Assembly (NCBI GenBank): GCA_964522105.1
Contig: CAZFVA010000014.1
Location: forward strand, 22,677-84,238
Source of the DNA: an uncultured Anaeromyxobacteraceae bacterium
GTDB lineage: Bacteria; Myxococcota_A; UBA9042; DTJE01
Direction: 5' to 3'
Length of the DNA stretch: 61,562 nt
Shown: positions 10,073 to 19,903 of the stretch, one piece after another
How positions within the stretch are numbered: the first letter of the stretch is position 1
Layout: every line of letters begins with the position of its first letter
Notes under the pieces: generated by a model
Told to the model about the DNA's origin: nothing
The model's input: the letters and a program-made list of their open reading frames with translations, nothing else
Database searches by the model: none
Translations under genes and position numbers: made by a program

Positions 10073-10978
10073 TCACGGTACGAAACAAAGGATGCGGGCA
10101 CGGATGTGCATGATGGCAGCGGCTTCGATCCTGTGGTCAATGATGGCATCGATAGGCGTGACGCCGTTCGGAGTGTTTCCACGGGGATTAAATATCATAT
10201 AGAAGTGCTTGTCTTTAGGGCTTTTGTACAGTCCGTTGAAGTTCAGCAGACGTTCACGCTCGCCTGTGGTCAGGTCTGCTTCCCTGACGAATTCATCAAG
10301 GTCCCTGCGTGAATTTATCATTCGTTTCACGTCTTTCCAGTCTGCGATTCTGGCGTCGGCTCCGAATTCCTTCTTGCACTTTTTGTCCATGTAAACCCAT
10401 TCACGGTAGGATTTCCGTGTCGAAAGCAGTTTCGGGCTGCGCGGCTGATCAATCAGGCGTTCGGCCCTCGCCACATTGACTACTTCCGAATGAACCTTCA
10501 TCTCGACGCGGTGTTCAGCCGGTTCTTCACGGTAACGCGGTGCCACATAACAAAGCACGCGTTTGTTGTTGTCGCGGCGTGATTTAAGCTCGAACAGATG
10601 GTTTGCAAGCTGATCGATGACGCGGCCGGTATGTCTGGAAGGCCGGTTACTTCTCATGTGGATGAAGTATGCGTTATCCCTCGGGTCCATCTTTTTGCCC
10701 TGATACGTCACAAGCGCAAACGACCTTTTACTTGTAAGTCCGGTGTCTTCCATGAAATCAATCATGGCAGGGTGGCGTCTTGAATATTCGATTATGTCGG
10801 TCCAGTCCGCGATTTCGGCGTTCGGGCCGAATTCGTCCCTGCAAGCCTTTCCAAGCTTGTCCTGTTCATTAAATCTTTCAGAAGTGGTCATGAATCCTGA
10901 CCGGGAAATCGGGCGTGCGTCTGAAGCGCCGGCCACAAGCAAGGTCAGCATAAATACGGATACGATCAGCTTTTTCAT
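10073..10978 (-). CDS. Secreted protein with two tandem copies of a roughly 120-aa two-Cys domain
   Basis: Signal peptide; ACRDEFGPNAEIADWTDI...RVLCYV versus KCKKEFGADARIADWKDV...RILCFV. Confidence 0.7.
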   Translation of the reverse strand: MKKLIVSVFMLTLLVAGASDARPISRSGFMTTSERFNEQDKLGKACRDEFGPNAEIADWTDIIEYSRRHPAMIDFMEDTGLTSKRSFALVTYQGKKMDPRDNAYFIHMRSNRPSRHTGRVIDQLANHLFELKSRRDNNKRVLCYVAPRYREEPAEHRVEMKVHSEVVNVARAERLIDQPRSPKLLSTRKSYREWVYMDKKCKKEFGADARIADWKDVKRMINSRRDLDEFVREADLTTGERERLLNFNGLYKSPKDKHFYMIFNPRGNTPNGVTPIDAIIDHRIEAAAIMHIRARILCFVP

Positions 10979-11027
10979 GGGTTTTCCCCGTTAAATGCGC
11001 CACGCAATTCTATCACGAAGACCGGAA

Positions 11028-12011
11028 TTAACTCCAGACTTCAGGATTTACAGTGTCCTGTGGCAGCCTGCCGTGCAGGACGTCAAGCAGGTTTGCCGCC
11101 GCGCCGACAGCCATGTCATCCCGTGTCCGAAATGATGCGCTTCCGACGTGCGGCAGGATCAGACAGTTCGGCAGTGCAACAAGCGGGTGGTCGGGCGGCA
11201 GGGGCTCGGGGTCAGTAACGTCAAGGGCGGCCCCGAAGATCCGGCCTGACGAAAGAGCATCCACAAGGGCATCGGTATCAATGCACGGACCTCGTGCTGT
11301 ATTTATCAGCACGGCACTTTCTTTCATCAAAGCCAGCGTCCGGGTGTTAATGATATGTCTGGTTGCAGCGGTCAAGGGGCAGTGTAGCGACACAAAGTCT
11401 GATTCCTGCAGCAGCTCTTCAATCGTTTCAACGGCAGTCACAGGTGCCGATTGCGGCGGCACCATGAACGGGTTCGGGTCAAAATACAGAACATTCATTC
11501 CAAAACCGGCGGCACGTCGCGCCATCGCCGCGCCAATCCTGCCCATCCCGACAATACCGAGCGTGGCGCCCCAGATGTCGTGACCGCGCAGCGTCCGTGG
11601 CCCCCAGGTTTTCCACTGCCCCGTCGCAACGTTTTCGATGCCTTCCTTGACCCGCCTTGCCGCGGCCATCAGCAGCGTAAACGCCAGATCCGCTGTCGTT
11701 TCGGTAAGTTGGTCGGGTGTATTTGTGACGACGATGTGCCTGGCAGTCGCCGCCTGTACGTCAACATTGTTATATCCAGCCGAAAACAGGCTTACGACCT
11801 TCAGGCCCGGTCCCGCAGCGTCAAGCAGGGCCGCATCGACCGTATCAGACAGCAGGCATAAAATCGCGTCCATCCCGCGCACCAGATCAGTCAATTCCTG
11901 TCTGGACGGTGGCAGTTCGCCTTCCCACACATTCACGTCACATTCTTCAGACAGCCGCGTCAGACCTGCATCCGGGATCATCCTTGAAACAAAAACCTTC
12001 GGTCGTGCCAT
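11028..12011 (-). CDS. D-isomer 2-hydroxyacid dehydrogenase (glyoxylate/hydroxypyruvate reductase-like)
   Basis: Start moved to ATG at 12011 (MARPKVFVSR); GIVGMGRIG NAD-binding motif, INTARG, LDVTDPEP, LPHVGSA. Confidence 0.92.
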   Translation of the reverse strand: MARPKVFVSRMIPDAGLTRLSEECDVNVWEGELPPSRQELTDLVRGMDAILCLLSDTVDAALLDAAGPGLKVVSLFSAGYNNVDVQAATARHIVVTNTPDQLTETTADLAFTLLMAAARRVKEGIENVATGQWKTWGPRTLRGHDIWGATLGIVGMGRIGAAMARRAAGFGMNVLYFDPNPFMVPPQSAPVTAVETIEELLQESDFVSLHCPLTAATRHIINTRTLALMKESAVLINTARGPCIDTDALVDALSSGRIFGAALDVTDPEPLPPDHPLVALPNCLILPHVGSASFRTRDDMAVGAAANLLDVLHGRLPQDTVNPEVWS

Positions 12012-12161
12012 TTCCTGAACCTCTTTCCACCGTATTAACGCGCCCGACGATGCCTGCGCCGTCGAATTCTTCAGCCTTGAATCTTGCACATAAATTGGCC
12101 ATCTGGCAAAAAACGTCGTTGACTGATACTTTGTCAGTGTAAGCGGCTACGGAAATCTGAA

Positions 12162-13862
12162 ATGGATTCAATAAACATTGCCCTTGTACAGGGCGACCCT
12201 GTCGTTGGTGACATTGACGGAAACGTCGCGCTGGCGTTGGCGGCGTGGACTGATGCGCGTGATAAGGGTGCCGATCTTGTAGTGTTTTCCGAGCTTTTCA
12301 TTGTTGGTTATCCGCCTGAAGACCTGGTCTTAAAGCCTGTTTTTATTCGTCGGGCGATGGCTGCGGCCGAGTGTCTGGCAAATCAAACGGTGGACGGCCC
12401 GGGGATCATTGTGGGTTGTCCCTGGACTGTGAACGGTCAGGTCGGAAACGCGGCGCTGTTGCTGGACGGCGGAAAAGTGCAGGCTGTGCGCTTCAAGCAT
12501 CATCTGCCAAATTATGGTGTCTTTGATGAAAAGCGAGTCTTTGTGCCGGGGCCGCTTCCCGAACCTGTTGATTTCAGGGGATTATTGCTTGGGCTGCCGA
12601 TTTGCGAAGACATCTGGATGTCGGACGTATGCAGACATCTGAAGGTCCGTGGCGCCCGGATTCTGATAGCGCTTAACGGTTCACCATTCGAAGCCGACAA
12701 AGTCGATCAGCGCGTCGATGTCGCTTCAGCCCGGGTGCGCGAAACGGGACTGCCGCTGATATATGTTAATCAGTGCGGTGGCCAGGATGAACTGGTTTTT
12801 GACGGTACATCGTTCGTGATGGCTGCCCTCGGGGATGAATTCTGCGGTCCGTCCTGCGAATTCCGAAATCCGGTGAATGTTCGCTTTCCGTCCTGGAAAG
12901 AACACGTCGAGATCACCAGGTGGACTTTGTTCGCCGACACCTGGACTTGTGCCGCCGGTACTGTTGTTCCGCAGGCCGGTCATGAAGAATCGGTTTATCA
13001 GGCGATGGTTCTTGGGCTTCGCGACTACATCAAAAAAAATCGTTTCCCGGGTGTCGTCATCGGCCTTTCCGGTGGCGTTGACAGCGCCCTTACAGCGGCG
13101 GTGGCGGTTGATGCGCTTGGCCCCGACCACGTTCACTGCATAATGCTTCCGTACCAATACACCAGTTCAGTCAGTCTTGAAGAAGCTGCCGAAACAGCGA
13201 AGCTGCTGGGTGTGCGGTATGACGTTGTTCCGATCGGCCCCGCTGTCGAGGCGCTTGGCGGGATGCTGTCCGGTCTGTTTACCGGCCGTAAACCCGACAT
13301 TACTGAAGAAAACATTCAGGCGCGTGTTCGCGGGGTCGTGCTGATGGCCGTTTCAAACAAGTTTGGCGGCATGGTGTTGACCACCGGCAATAAATCAGAA
13401 TCTTCAACTGGTTACGCCACTATATACGGCGATATGTGCGGCGGATATTCGGTCCTGAAAGACGTTTATAAGACTGAAGTCTTTGCACTGTGTCACTGGC
13501 GTAACGCCAACTGGCCTTCGGGTGCGCTGGGGCCGAATGGCAGGATAATTCCTGAAAGGACGATCACGCGCCCCCCGAGCGCCGAACTGCGCCCCGATCA
13601 GAAGGATCAGGATTCGCTCCCCCCGTACGCCCAACTTGATGAAATTCTTGAAAGTCTTGTCGAGGGCGAAAAGTCGTGGGATGAAATCTCGGCCGGCGGT
13701 CATGATCCCGCGATGGTCGCCAGGATCGAAAACCTGCTTTACACGTCAGAATACAAGCGCCGCCAGGGTGCCCCGGGCGTGAAAATCACGTCCCGTAACT
13801 TCGGCCGCGATCGTCGTTATCCAATTACAAACAGATTCAGAGATATGCGCAGGAAGGGGTAG
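12162..13862 (+). CDS. nadE: Glutamine-dependent NAD+ synthetase
   Basis: Nitrilase-like domain with E/K/C triad (FSELF, FKHHLPNYGVFDE, ICEDIW) plus synthetase domain ([26 protein letters not shown]). Confidence 0.97.
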   Translation: MDSINIALVQGDPVVGDIDGNVALALAAWTDARDKGADLVVFSELFIVGYPPEDLVLKPVFIRRAMAAAECLANQTVDGPGIIVGCPWTVNGQVGNAALLLDGGKVQAVRFKHHLPNYGVFDEKRVFVPGPLPEPVDFRGLLLGLPICEDIWMSDVCRHLKVRGARILIALNGSPFEADKVDQRVDVASARVRETGLPLIYVNQCGGQDELVFDGTSFVMAALGDEFCGPSCEFRNPVNVRFPSWKEHVEITRWTLFADTWTCAAGTVVPQAGHEESVYQAMVLGLRDYIKKNRFPGVVIGLSGGVDSALTAAVAVDALGPDHVHCIMLPYQYTSSVSLEEAAETAKLLGVRYDVVPIGPAVEALGGMLSGLFTGRKPDITEENIQARVRGVVLMAVSNKFGGMVLTTGNKSESSTGYATIYGDMCGGYSVLKDVYKTEVFALCHWRNANWPSGALGPNGRIIPERTITRPPSAELRPDQKDQDSLPPYAQLDEILESLVEGEKSWDEISAGGHDPAMVARIENLLYTSEYKRRQGAPGVKITSRNFGRDRRYPITNRFRDMRRKG

Positions 13863-13863
13863 A

Positions 13864-14574
13864 TCAGCCTACGTCAACGCCGTACTTGTCCACGAAAGCT
13901 GTCAGCGATGCCTCGACGTCTTTTGGAATGTCCAGGAACTTCAAGCCCATGCCGCTGTTAGCCGAGCCTGCTTCCGGTTCGCGCGTCCAGGCGACCTGCG
14001 CCTTGATGCAACTGACTGCGTCGGAACCTGGCAGATACAGGTCAACGTTGACGATGCTGGTGACCGGTTCCGGTTTCAGGGTGCGCACAAACGCGCCGCC
14101 TTCACTGATGTTGACGACGTACTGATTGGCAGGGGTGTCGGTCGCGAAGAAACGTACCGGTATGGACGATTCACAAACTTCCGTCTGCGTCATGTCGCCG
14201 AATTCTTCAGATCTGGCGATGCACAATCCGACAAAATCGCGAATGGATTCCTGATCTTCCCGCGAAAGGTCGCCGAACATGATCAGCATACCGCCAAGCA
14301 CACCGGATTTGTGATCTTCAACCGTCGATCGCAGTACGCGTCCCGGGACGACCAGCAGCTTGCCGGTTCCTGGCAGGGCAAAGCTGACTTCACCCCACAG
14401 CGGGCCTGGTTCGGCGACTTCAGTGGTAAAAATATGCATGCCGATATTGGCGATTCGCTGGCATTGACCTTCGAAAGTTATGTCCCCGATCGTGAACGTC
14501 ACGGGAAACGCGAAGAATACACGGCGATGTTTTCTAAGCTCTCTGGCGTGTTGAACCTGGCTTGTCTCACTCAT
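13864..14574 (-). CDS. Tandem PilZ-domain protein (second domain TIGR02266-like)
   Basis: Domain 1 has RKHRR (RxxxR); domain 2 has NISEGGAFV and AQVAW...GMGLKF. Confidence 0.8.
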   Translation of the reverse strand: MSETSQVQHARELRKHRRVFFAFPVTFTIGDITFEGQCQRIANIGMHIFTTEVAEPGPLWGEVSFALPGTGKLLVVPGRVLRSTVEDHKSGVLGGMLIMFGDLSREDQESIRDFVGLCIARSEEFGDMTQTEVCESSIPVRFFATDTPANQYVVNISEGGAFVRTLKPEPVTSIVNVDLYLPGSDAVSCIKAQVAWTREPEAGSANSGMGLKFLDIPKDVEASLTAFVDKYGVDVG

Positions 14575-14662
14575 TTCGTGCCCCCAAAACTTATCAAGGC
14601 GATCAAGTCGGACATAAGTTATTCAAAGAATATTCGCGGCGAAAATTTCGCCACCGGCGGAA

Positions 14663-15019
14663 TCAGTCTTCGTCGTAGAAAAGCGTCTCGGACTTTTCAA
14701 TAAAGCTGTTAACCGCCCGCTCAACTTCGGGTGGCAGATTAATAAACTTTAGACCCATGCCCGGGGCAATGTCCGCATGCATGGCCTGAAAACCACGGAC
14801 CCAGCAGACTTCAGTTTCAATATGAATTGCTTCCGTCATGGTTGGCAGGGAAAATTTGATCCACAACCTTGTACCAACGGCCGGTGGTTCGCTTGTTTGC
14901 ACAAACAGTCCACCGTCACTGATGTTGCGAACAAACCCGGTGAAAAACTTATCATCAGATTTCAAGTCAATGGCTGACTCGTAATCAATTCGCTGCGCAA
15001 TTCGCTTTTCGTCACCCAT
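14663..15019 (-). CDS. Single PilZ-domain protein (TIGR02266-like), probable c-di-GMP receptor
   Basis: ATG at 15019 with GGAGG upstream; RIAQR (RxxxR), NISDGGLFV (D/NxSxxG), EVCWVR...GMGLKF. Confidence 0.85.
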   Translation of the reverse strand: MGDEKRIAQRIDYESAIDLKSDDKFFTGFVRNISDGGLFVQTSEPPAVGTRLWIKFSLPTMTEAIHIETEVCWVRGFQAMHADIAPGMGLKFINLPPEVERAVNSFIEKSETLFYDED

Positions 15020-15104
15020 AAAACGCGCCTCCCGGACAACCTTATACAAAGGTTTTTCCTGCGATTTCTGACCTGAAGGTCAGTCAGTTCCATTCAAGAA
15101 CAAC

Positions 15105-15133
15105 ATTTTAGCACTCGCAAACTGCAATTGAAA
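15105..15133 (-). promoter_or_regulatory. Putative sigma70 promoter for the PilZ genes
   Basis: Minus strand TTTCAA-17 nt-TAAAAT with TGn extension. Confidence 0.4.
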
Positions 15134-15160
15134 CAAAACGGTAGTCAGCGTTTTGCCTGT

Positions 15161-16708
15161 TCATTGCGCGTATTCGGCCGCAGTCGGCCGGGTCGCGTTC
15201 ATTACTTCCTCGGACGCGTTCACCATGTTTCGACCGCTGGCCTTTGATACATAAAGGTGCTTGTCTGCCGCACCGATCAGCTCTTTGGCCGTTGTGCCGT
15301 CAAACGGGAACATACCGATGCCGACGCTGGTTGTGACCTTGTGATGGTCAATCACGGCGAAGTCGGTCAATTCAACAGTTTTTCTAATACGTTCGGCCAC
15401 GCGCACGACACCCCGGGGGCTGACCCCCGACAGAATGACGACGAATTCTTCGCCGCCATATCTGGCAACAAGGTCCCCGGACCTGACGACGTCATGCATT
15501 ATGGAAGCAAGGCTCACAAGGATTTCGTCACCGGCAGGATGGCCCCACGTGTCGTTAACGACTTTGAAGTGGTCAAGGTCGGTCATTATCACGGCCAGTG
15601 GCTTGCCTGTCTTTGCTGCTTCGGCAACCATTCTTTCCAGTTCGCTCATGAAATATGAGTGGACGAAAGTCTGGGTCAGCCCGTCGGTCACCGATTTCAT
15701 CCACAGTTTTGCCCGCAGGTTGGCATTGTCGATGGCAATGGCAGCCTGGCTGGCAAACAGCATGACCAGATTCATGTCTTCTTCGCTGAAATCGCCGCCG
15801 TCACCACGGTCATTGACGTTTACAACGCCTATCACGACTCCACGGGCGCACAGCGGGACGCTGATCAGCGATGCCGACTTATAGTTTCCCGAGCTTGATG
15901 TCGCCCCGCCTGATTCGGTTTTGATATTTCTAAGGAAAAGGGCTTCGCCGGTCTGCGCAACTTTGCCCGAGATCCCTTCGCCAACCTTGCGGGTGGCCGA
16001 TTTGATGACGTCCGCCGGAATGCCGACTGCAGATCTGATCCGCAGCTCGTCGCCAGCTTCGTTAAGCAGCATTATTGAACATCTGGTGGCATCGACCAGC
16101 CGCGCAACTGTCTGAACAATCTGATTAAGCACCGAGTCAACATCAAGCGTGCTGGTGATGACTTTTCCGACCTCATAAAGGTCGGTCAGCGCGGCGACGC
16201 GGGATTGCAGATGGTCAAATATCGCCAGATTATCAACTTGTCTAGCGGCAAAAAGGCCTGTCTGCAGAAGAATCTGTCTGGTTTCGCTTTGTGGCGGATT
16301 GCTGAAGTCGGCCACTATAACTGTGCCTACGACGCGACTTTCGGTTCCCAGCCTGAACCACAGGCTGTCATCTGAAATGGTGTCGGCAATCGTTGCAAGT
16401 TCGCCCGGAAGCGTCTGCCCGTCGAGAATCGAGTTTGGCGTCAGGCCCTGAACCAGTTTTGTGGGCAACTTCATTGCGCCGGTAAACAGCGTTTTGTTCC
16501 CGTGAATGGCTACGATTCCTGAAAGCTTTGCCTCGGCGTCATCAAGATAGACGGCGGCCGATGAAGCCCCGGACATCAGGCTTACTGCAAGCGCGACGCC
16601 GTTAAGTGCCTCGGCAACCGATTCTGCCTGCTGGATCCCGCACAAGGCATCCAGAATTCTATTAAGTGCGTGTTCGTTCATATATAAGTGTGGCCCAATA
16701 GCTATCAA
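15161..16708 (-). CDS. GAF-GAF-GGDEF diguanylate cyclase
   Basis: DLDHFKVVNDTWGHPAGD, RSGD I-site (RxxD), RYGGEEF, ADKHLY; GAF domain with SLISVPL..RGVVIGVVNV. Confidence 0.93.
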   Translation of the reverse strand: MIAIGPHLYMNEHALNRILDALCGIQQAESVAEALNGVALAVSLMSGASSAAVYLDDAEAKLSGIVAIHGNKTLFTGAMKLPTKLVQGLTPNSILDGQTLPGELATIADTISDDSLWFRLGTESRVVGTVIVADFSNPPQSETRQILLQTGLFAARQVDNLAIFDHLQSRVAALTDLYEVGKVITSTLDVDSVLNQIVQTVARLVDATRCSIMLLNEAGDELRIRSAVGIPADVIKSATRKVGEGISGKVAQTGEALFLRNIKTESGGATSSSGNYKSASLISVPLCARGVVIGVVNVNDRGDGGDFSEEDMNLVMLFASQAAIAIDNANLRAKLWMKSVTDGLTQTFVHSYFMSELERMVAEAAKTGKPLAVIMTDLDHFKVVNDTWGHPAGDEILVSLASIMHDVVRSGDLVARYGGEEFVVILSGVSPRGVVRVAERIRKTVELTDFAVIDHHKVTTSVGIGMFPFDGTTAKELIGAADKHLYVSKASGRNMVNASEEVMNATRPTAAEYAQ

Positions 16709-16893
16709 GCATTTTCACCCCTATGGGCCATCATCACCAAATTCGTGCGTTCCCGGACGTGGAATTTGTTTGCGTATAGCCGGTGATTCACTGTCGGGAA
16801 GGGTGTAATTGACTGTCCTGTCTGCCAAACGCATACTGTGCCGGTGAGCGGGTTCATAAAAATGGTGTGTGGCTGGCCTTTTACGGTGAAAAA

Positions 16894-17658
16894 ATGCGAC
16901 CTGAAAAAATAATTGTCTGTGTGTCAGGGGCTTCCGCAGGCATCGGTCTGGCTGTTGCGCGGGCGCTGGCGGGACTGGGTTGTGACCTGATGCTTGGCGC
17001 AAGGCGGGTTGAAAGGCTTGCTGATGTGGCCGCCGAGCTTTCTGCCGGATTCGGCGTTTCCGTGTTCACCGGCTATCTGGATGTGACTGACGGGGGGTCG
17101 GTCAAATCGTTTGTTGAACAGGGCGTGAACAAGCTGGGCGGCCTGAACGTGCTGGTCAATAACGCCGGTCTTGGCCGGGGCGTTGACCGCCTTGATGCGG
17201 TTGCCGAGAGTGACTGGCAGCAGATGTTTTCCACTAATGTGGAAGGCGTGCTGCGGATGACGCAGGCGGCACTTCCGCACATCAGGAAATCGGGGTGGGG
17301 TCATATTATTAATCTGGGAAGCATCGCCGGGCACGGCGTTTATGCCGGGGGCGGCGTCTATTGTGCGACCAAGCATGCCCTTGATGCCGTGACTTCTACG
17401 TTGCGCCTGGAATTGAACGGCGAACCGATTCGGGTGACGACTGTTGACCCGGGAATGGTCGAAACCGAGTTTTCAATTGTGCGGCTTGGCGATGCGGAAA
17501 AAGCATCTAACGTTTACCGTGGGATGACTCCGCTGGTCGCCGAAGATATTGCCGAATGTGTACGCTGGGTTGTGTCGCTGCCGGACCATGTGAACATTGA
17601 TCAGATAGTCATCAAACCGCGTGATCAGGCCGACCTGCGGACCGTTTCAAGAAAGTAG
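16894..17658 (+). CDS. Short-chain dehydrogenase/reductase (YdfG-like)
   Basis: SGASAGIG, LVNNAG, YCATK catalytic motif, PGMVETEFS; start moved to ATG at 16894. Confidence 0.9.
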   Translation: MRPEKIIVCVSGASAGIGLAVARALAGLGCDLMLGARRVERLADVAAELSAGFGVSVFTGYLDVTDGGSVKSFVEQGVNKLGGLNVLVNNAGLGRGVDRLDAVAESDWQQMFSTNVEGVLRMTQAALPHIRKSGWGHIINLGSIAGHGVYAGGGVYCATKHALDAVTSTLRLELNGEPIRVTTVDPGMVETEFSIVRLGDAEKASNVYRGMTPLVAEDIAECVRWVVSLPDHVNIDQIVIKPRDQADLRTVSRK

Positions 17659-17684
17659 ATGTTCTGAATTTGATGGTTGGCCGA

Positions 17685-18074
17685 CTAGCTTGCCGCGATG
17701 GCATCAATTTCAACTAAAGCGCCTTTTGGAAGGGCACAGACCTGGAAAGCGGCCCGCGCCGGTTTGTGGCTGCCGAAGAATTCGCCATAGATGCCGTTGA
17801 CGACCTGAAAGTGCGCCATGTCAGTCAGGAAGATGGTGCATCTGACGGCGTTGGTGCGGTCCATGCCGCCCGCGATAAGAATGGCGTCGATGTTTCTAAG
17901 TACCTGTTCTGTCTGCTCTTTTATTCCGCCGGGAATGAATTCGCCGGTCTTCGGGTCAATCGGAATCTGGCCTGACACAAAAAGCATCCTGCCCGGATGA
18001 CATTCGACTGCCTGCGAGTAAGGTCCAATGGCTGCGGGGGCGTTTTCAGTGTGAATCGGGTTGTTTCCTTTCAT
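17685..18074 (-). CDS. RidA/YjgF family enamine-imine deaminase
   Basis: APAAIGPYSQA, VSGQIP, PARA, LPKGALVEIDAIA. Confidence 0.93.
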   Translation of the reverse strand: MKGNNPIHTENAPAAIGPYSQAVECHPGRMLFVSGQIPIDPKTGEFIPGGIKEQTEQVLRNIDAILIAGGMDRTNAVRCTIFLTDMAHFQVVNGIYGEFFGSHKPARAAFQVCALPKGALVEIDAIAAS

Positions 18075-18119
18075 GGTAATACCTTAATTTTTAACCTTTG
18101 TTTGGCGTGCCGGGCTGTT

Positions 18120-18497
18120 TCAGCGATGTGATGTGCCTTTGCGCCCATAAATATCTTCAAGCCTTACGACGTCATCAAGCTCGGCCGTCGAGGTTTCAAA
18201 AAGCTCGACAGGGCCGTCTTCTGCCGCCATGAATCTGTGAATTGTTCCCGGCGTGATTCGCAGCGACTTTCCGCTGTGCAGAACGACTTTTTCGATTGAA
18301 TCGCCTTCGCCGATGTCAACGTGAAGATTGCCGGACAATACGTACACCGTTTCGTCTTTGCGCACGTGGTACTGCCGTGAAAGTTTCTGCTCGGAATTGA
18401 TGTGTATGATTTTTCCGGCGTATTTGTCTGTCACCGCGACCCACAATTCCCAACCCCACGGTTTTTCAATCTTTTCGGGGACTATTATCGGAATCAT
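18120..18497 (-). CDS. Cupin protein (mannose-6-phosphate isomerase type II C-terminal-like)
   Basis: EKPWG, LSRQYHVRKDET, PGTIHRF; ATGA overlap with the stop of the SPOR gene. Confidence 0.8.
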   Translation of the reverse strand: MIPIIVPEKIEKPWGWELWVAVTDKYAGKIIHINSEQKLSRQYHVRKDETVYVLSGNLHVDIGEGDSIEKVVLHSGKSLRITPGTIHRFMAAEDGPVELFETSTAELDDVVRLEDIYGRKGTSHR

Positions 18498-19903
18498 TTT
18501 GCCTCCACAGGTATTGCCTGCTCGGCTTCCTTCGCGTTCAGGTCACGCGCGAAAGCCGAGGCATCGGTCGAATTGTCAAATTTCCCAACCCTTACGCGGA
18601 ACCACTGGATGCCGGATGGATCAGTAAATGTAACTACATAGGGATTGTATCCCTTTGATTTTAATAAGTCAGCGTGTTGATCGGCCAGTTCCTTTTCCTT
18701 GAAGGACCGGACCTGTACTGAGTACTTTTTCTGTTCCACGTCTTTTACAGGTTTGGTCGGGACTGGCTTGGCAGGGATGGGCTTCACTGGAACTGGTTTT
18801 GCAGGGGTTGGTTTTGTGGCAACAGCTTTCGATGGTTCAGGTTTTGAGGCTGTCGCGGTGGCTGGAACTGGTTTCGCCGGGATTGGTTTGGTGGCTGCCA
18901 CTTCCGTTGTAACCGGGTTGACTGGCACAGGTTGCGCGGGCACCGGTTTTGCCGGAATCGGGGCCGGAATCTTCACCGGCGGTTTGGGTGGCAAACATTC
19001 GCCATCAACAGCAATACATGAATAATCACAAGATGTTATTGCAAGCGGCGGCCACAGTTGGAACTGGGCCCTTTCTATGGCTTCTGCTGCAGTTTTCAGT
19101 GCCTTTTCAATTTCTTTCATATCTACAGAATCACGACGTTTACCGCCCTTTACGATGGCGCTGCGTGGTTGCGGGGAAGGTCCCGGAGTCGGTACAGGTT
19201 TTGGTGGCGCGGCCAGCTCTGGAGCAGGAACGGGAACCGGCGTCGGCGCAGGAACTGGCGCTGGAACCACAGCAGGATTCGGTACCGGAGTTGGTGAGGG
19301 GACTGGAACTGGTGCAGGAACGGGCGCCGGAACTGGCGCTGGAACCGGCGCCGGAAGTGGAAGAATACTGGCTGTCACCGCGTGGTTTTCACGGCCTTCG
19401 TCTTCGTCGCTGTCATCTGCTTGCGGGCCGGCTTTTCCATCTGTAGTTTTGTTGTTTTCGTTTGTTATGGCCTTACCGGCGGTGGCGTTTGCTTCGGCTG
19501 TCCCGGCTTTCACCGTCGTCCCGGCCGTCCCCGTCGTCCCGCCCGTTCCGTTCGTCCCGTTTTTCCCGTCTGCGCCGGCCGTTTTAGCGACCTGATTTTC
19601 GCCTGGATTAACCGCAGCAACTGCTTCTGTCGGCCTTGACGCCGGAGTCGGCGACCTGCCGATCAGCCACCCTGCGACCAGCGCAAGTGCGATCAGCGCC
19701 AGCACTCCGACAACGGCCATTTTCAGGTGGGTTGGTTCAACGGTGATAGGTGTTTTTTCCTGAATCTTGTCGAAGTCGCGCAGGACTACTTCGTCGCTGC
19801 GCCTTTCGCGCTTTTGTGCCGCCTCGGGGATATTTCCCCGGTCCACATCAAGGGAAGGGCGCTGGCCCTGGTCCGCTTCATCATGTGGCCCTTCAGTCGG
19901 CAT
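18494..19903 (-). CDS. Bitopic membrane protein with long Pro-rich linker and C-terminal SPOR domain (FtsN/DedD-like)
   Basis: One TM helix, (PVPA)n and (KPVPA)n repeats, SPOR motif YSVQVRSF...A...L...WFRVRVGKF. Start moved to ATG at 19903, overlapping the argS stop. Confidence 0.85.
   Translation of the reverse strand: MPTEGPHDEADQGQRPSLDVDRGNIPEAAQKRERRSDEVVLRDFDKIQEKTPITVEPTHLKMAVVGVLALIALALVAGWLIGRSPTPASRPTEAVAAVNPGENQVAKTAGADGKNGTNGTGGTTGTAGTTVKAGTAEANATAGKAITNENNKTTDGKAGPQADDSDEDEGRENHAVTASILPLPAPVPAPVPAPVPAPVPVPSPTPVPNPAVVPAPVPAPTPVPVPAPELAAPPKPVPTPGPSPQPRSAIVKGGKRRDSVDMKEIEKALKTAAEAIERAQFQLWPPLAITSCDYSCIAVDGECLPPKPPVKIPAPIPAKPVPAQPVPVNPVTTEVAATKPIPAKPVPATATASKPEPSKAVATKPTPAKPVPVKPIPAKPVPTKPVKDVEQKKYSVQVRSFKEKELADQHADLLKSKGYNPYVVTFTDPSGIQWFRVRVGKFDNSTDASAFARDLNAKEAEQAIPVEAK
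18740..19360. repeat. Coding low-complexity repeats (KPVPA-like and PVPA-like units) in the SPOR protein linker
   Basis: Degenerate units such as ggaactggcgct / ggaaccggcgcc; boundaries approximate. Confidence 0.7.

Noticed and set aside
8680-10978. Genomic island integrated at tRNA-Leu
   Set aside because: No integrase in the window and I saw no repeat of the tRNA 3' end (scan by eye, not exhaustive); neighbours look like native lipoproteins.
15108-15134. CIRCE/HrcA operator
   Set aside because: TTAGCACTC is a perfect half-site, but the second arm after 9 nt reads AATTGAAAC rather than GAGTGCTAA; better explained as an extended -10 on the minus strand.
15050-15160. c-di-GMP-I riboswitch between the cyclase and PilZ genes
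   Set aside because: ACAGGCAAAAC resembles the 5' consensus, but there is no GNRA-capped P2 or GACGCAAAG junction; only a weak AT-rich hairpin is present.
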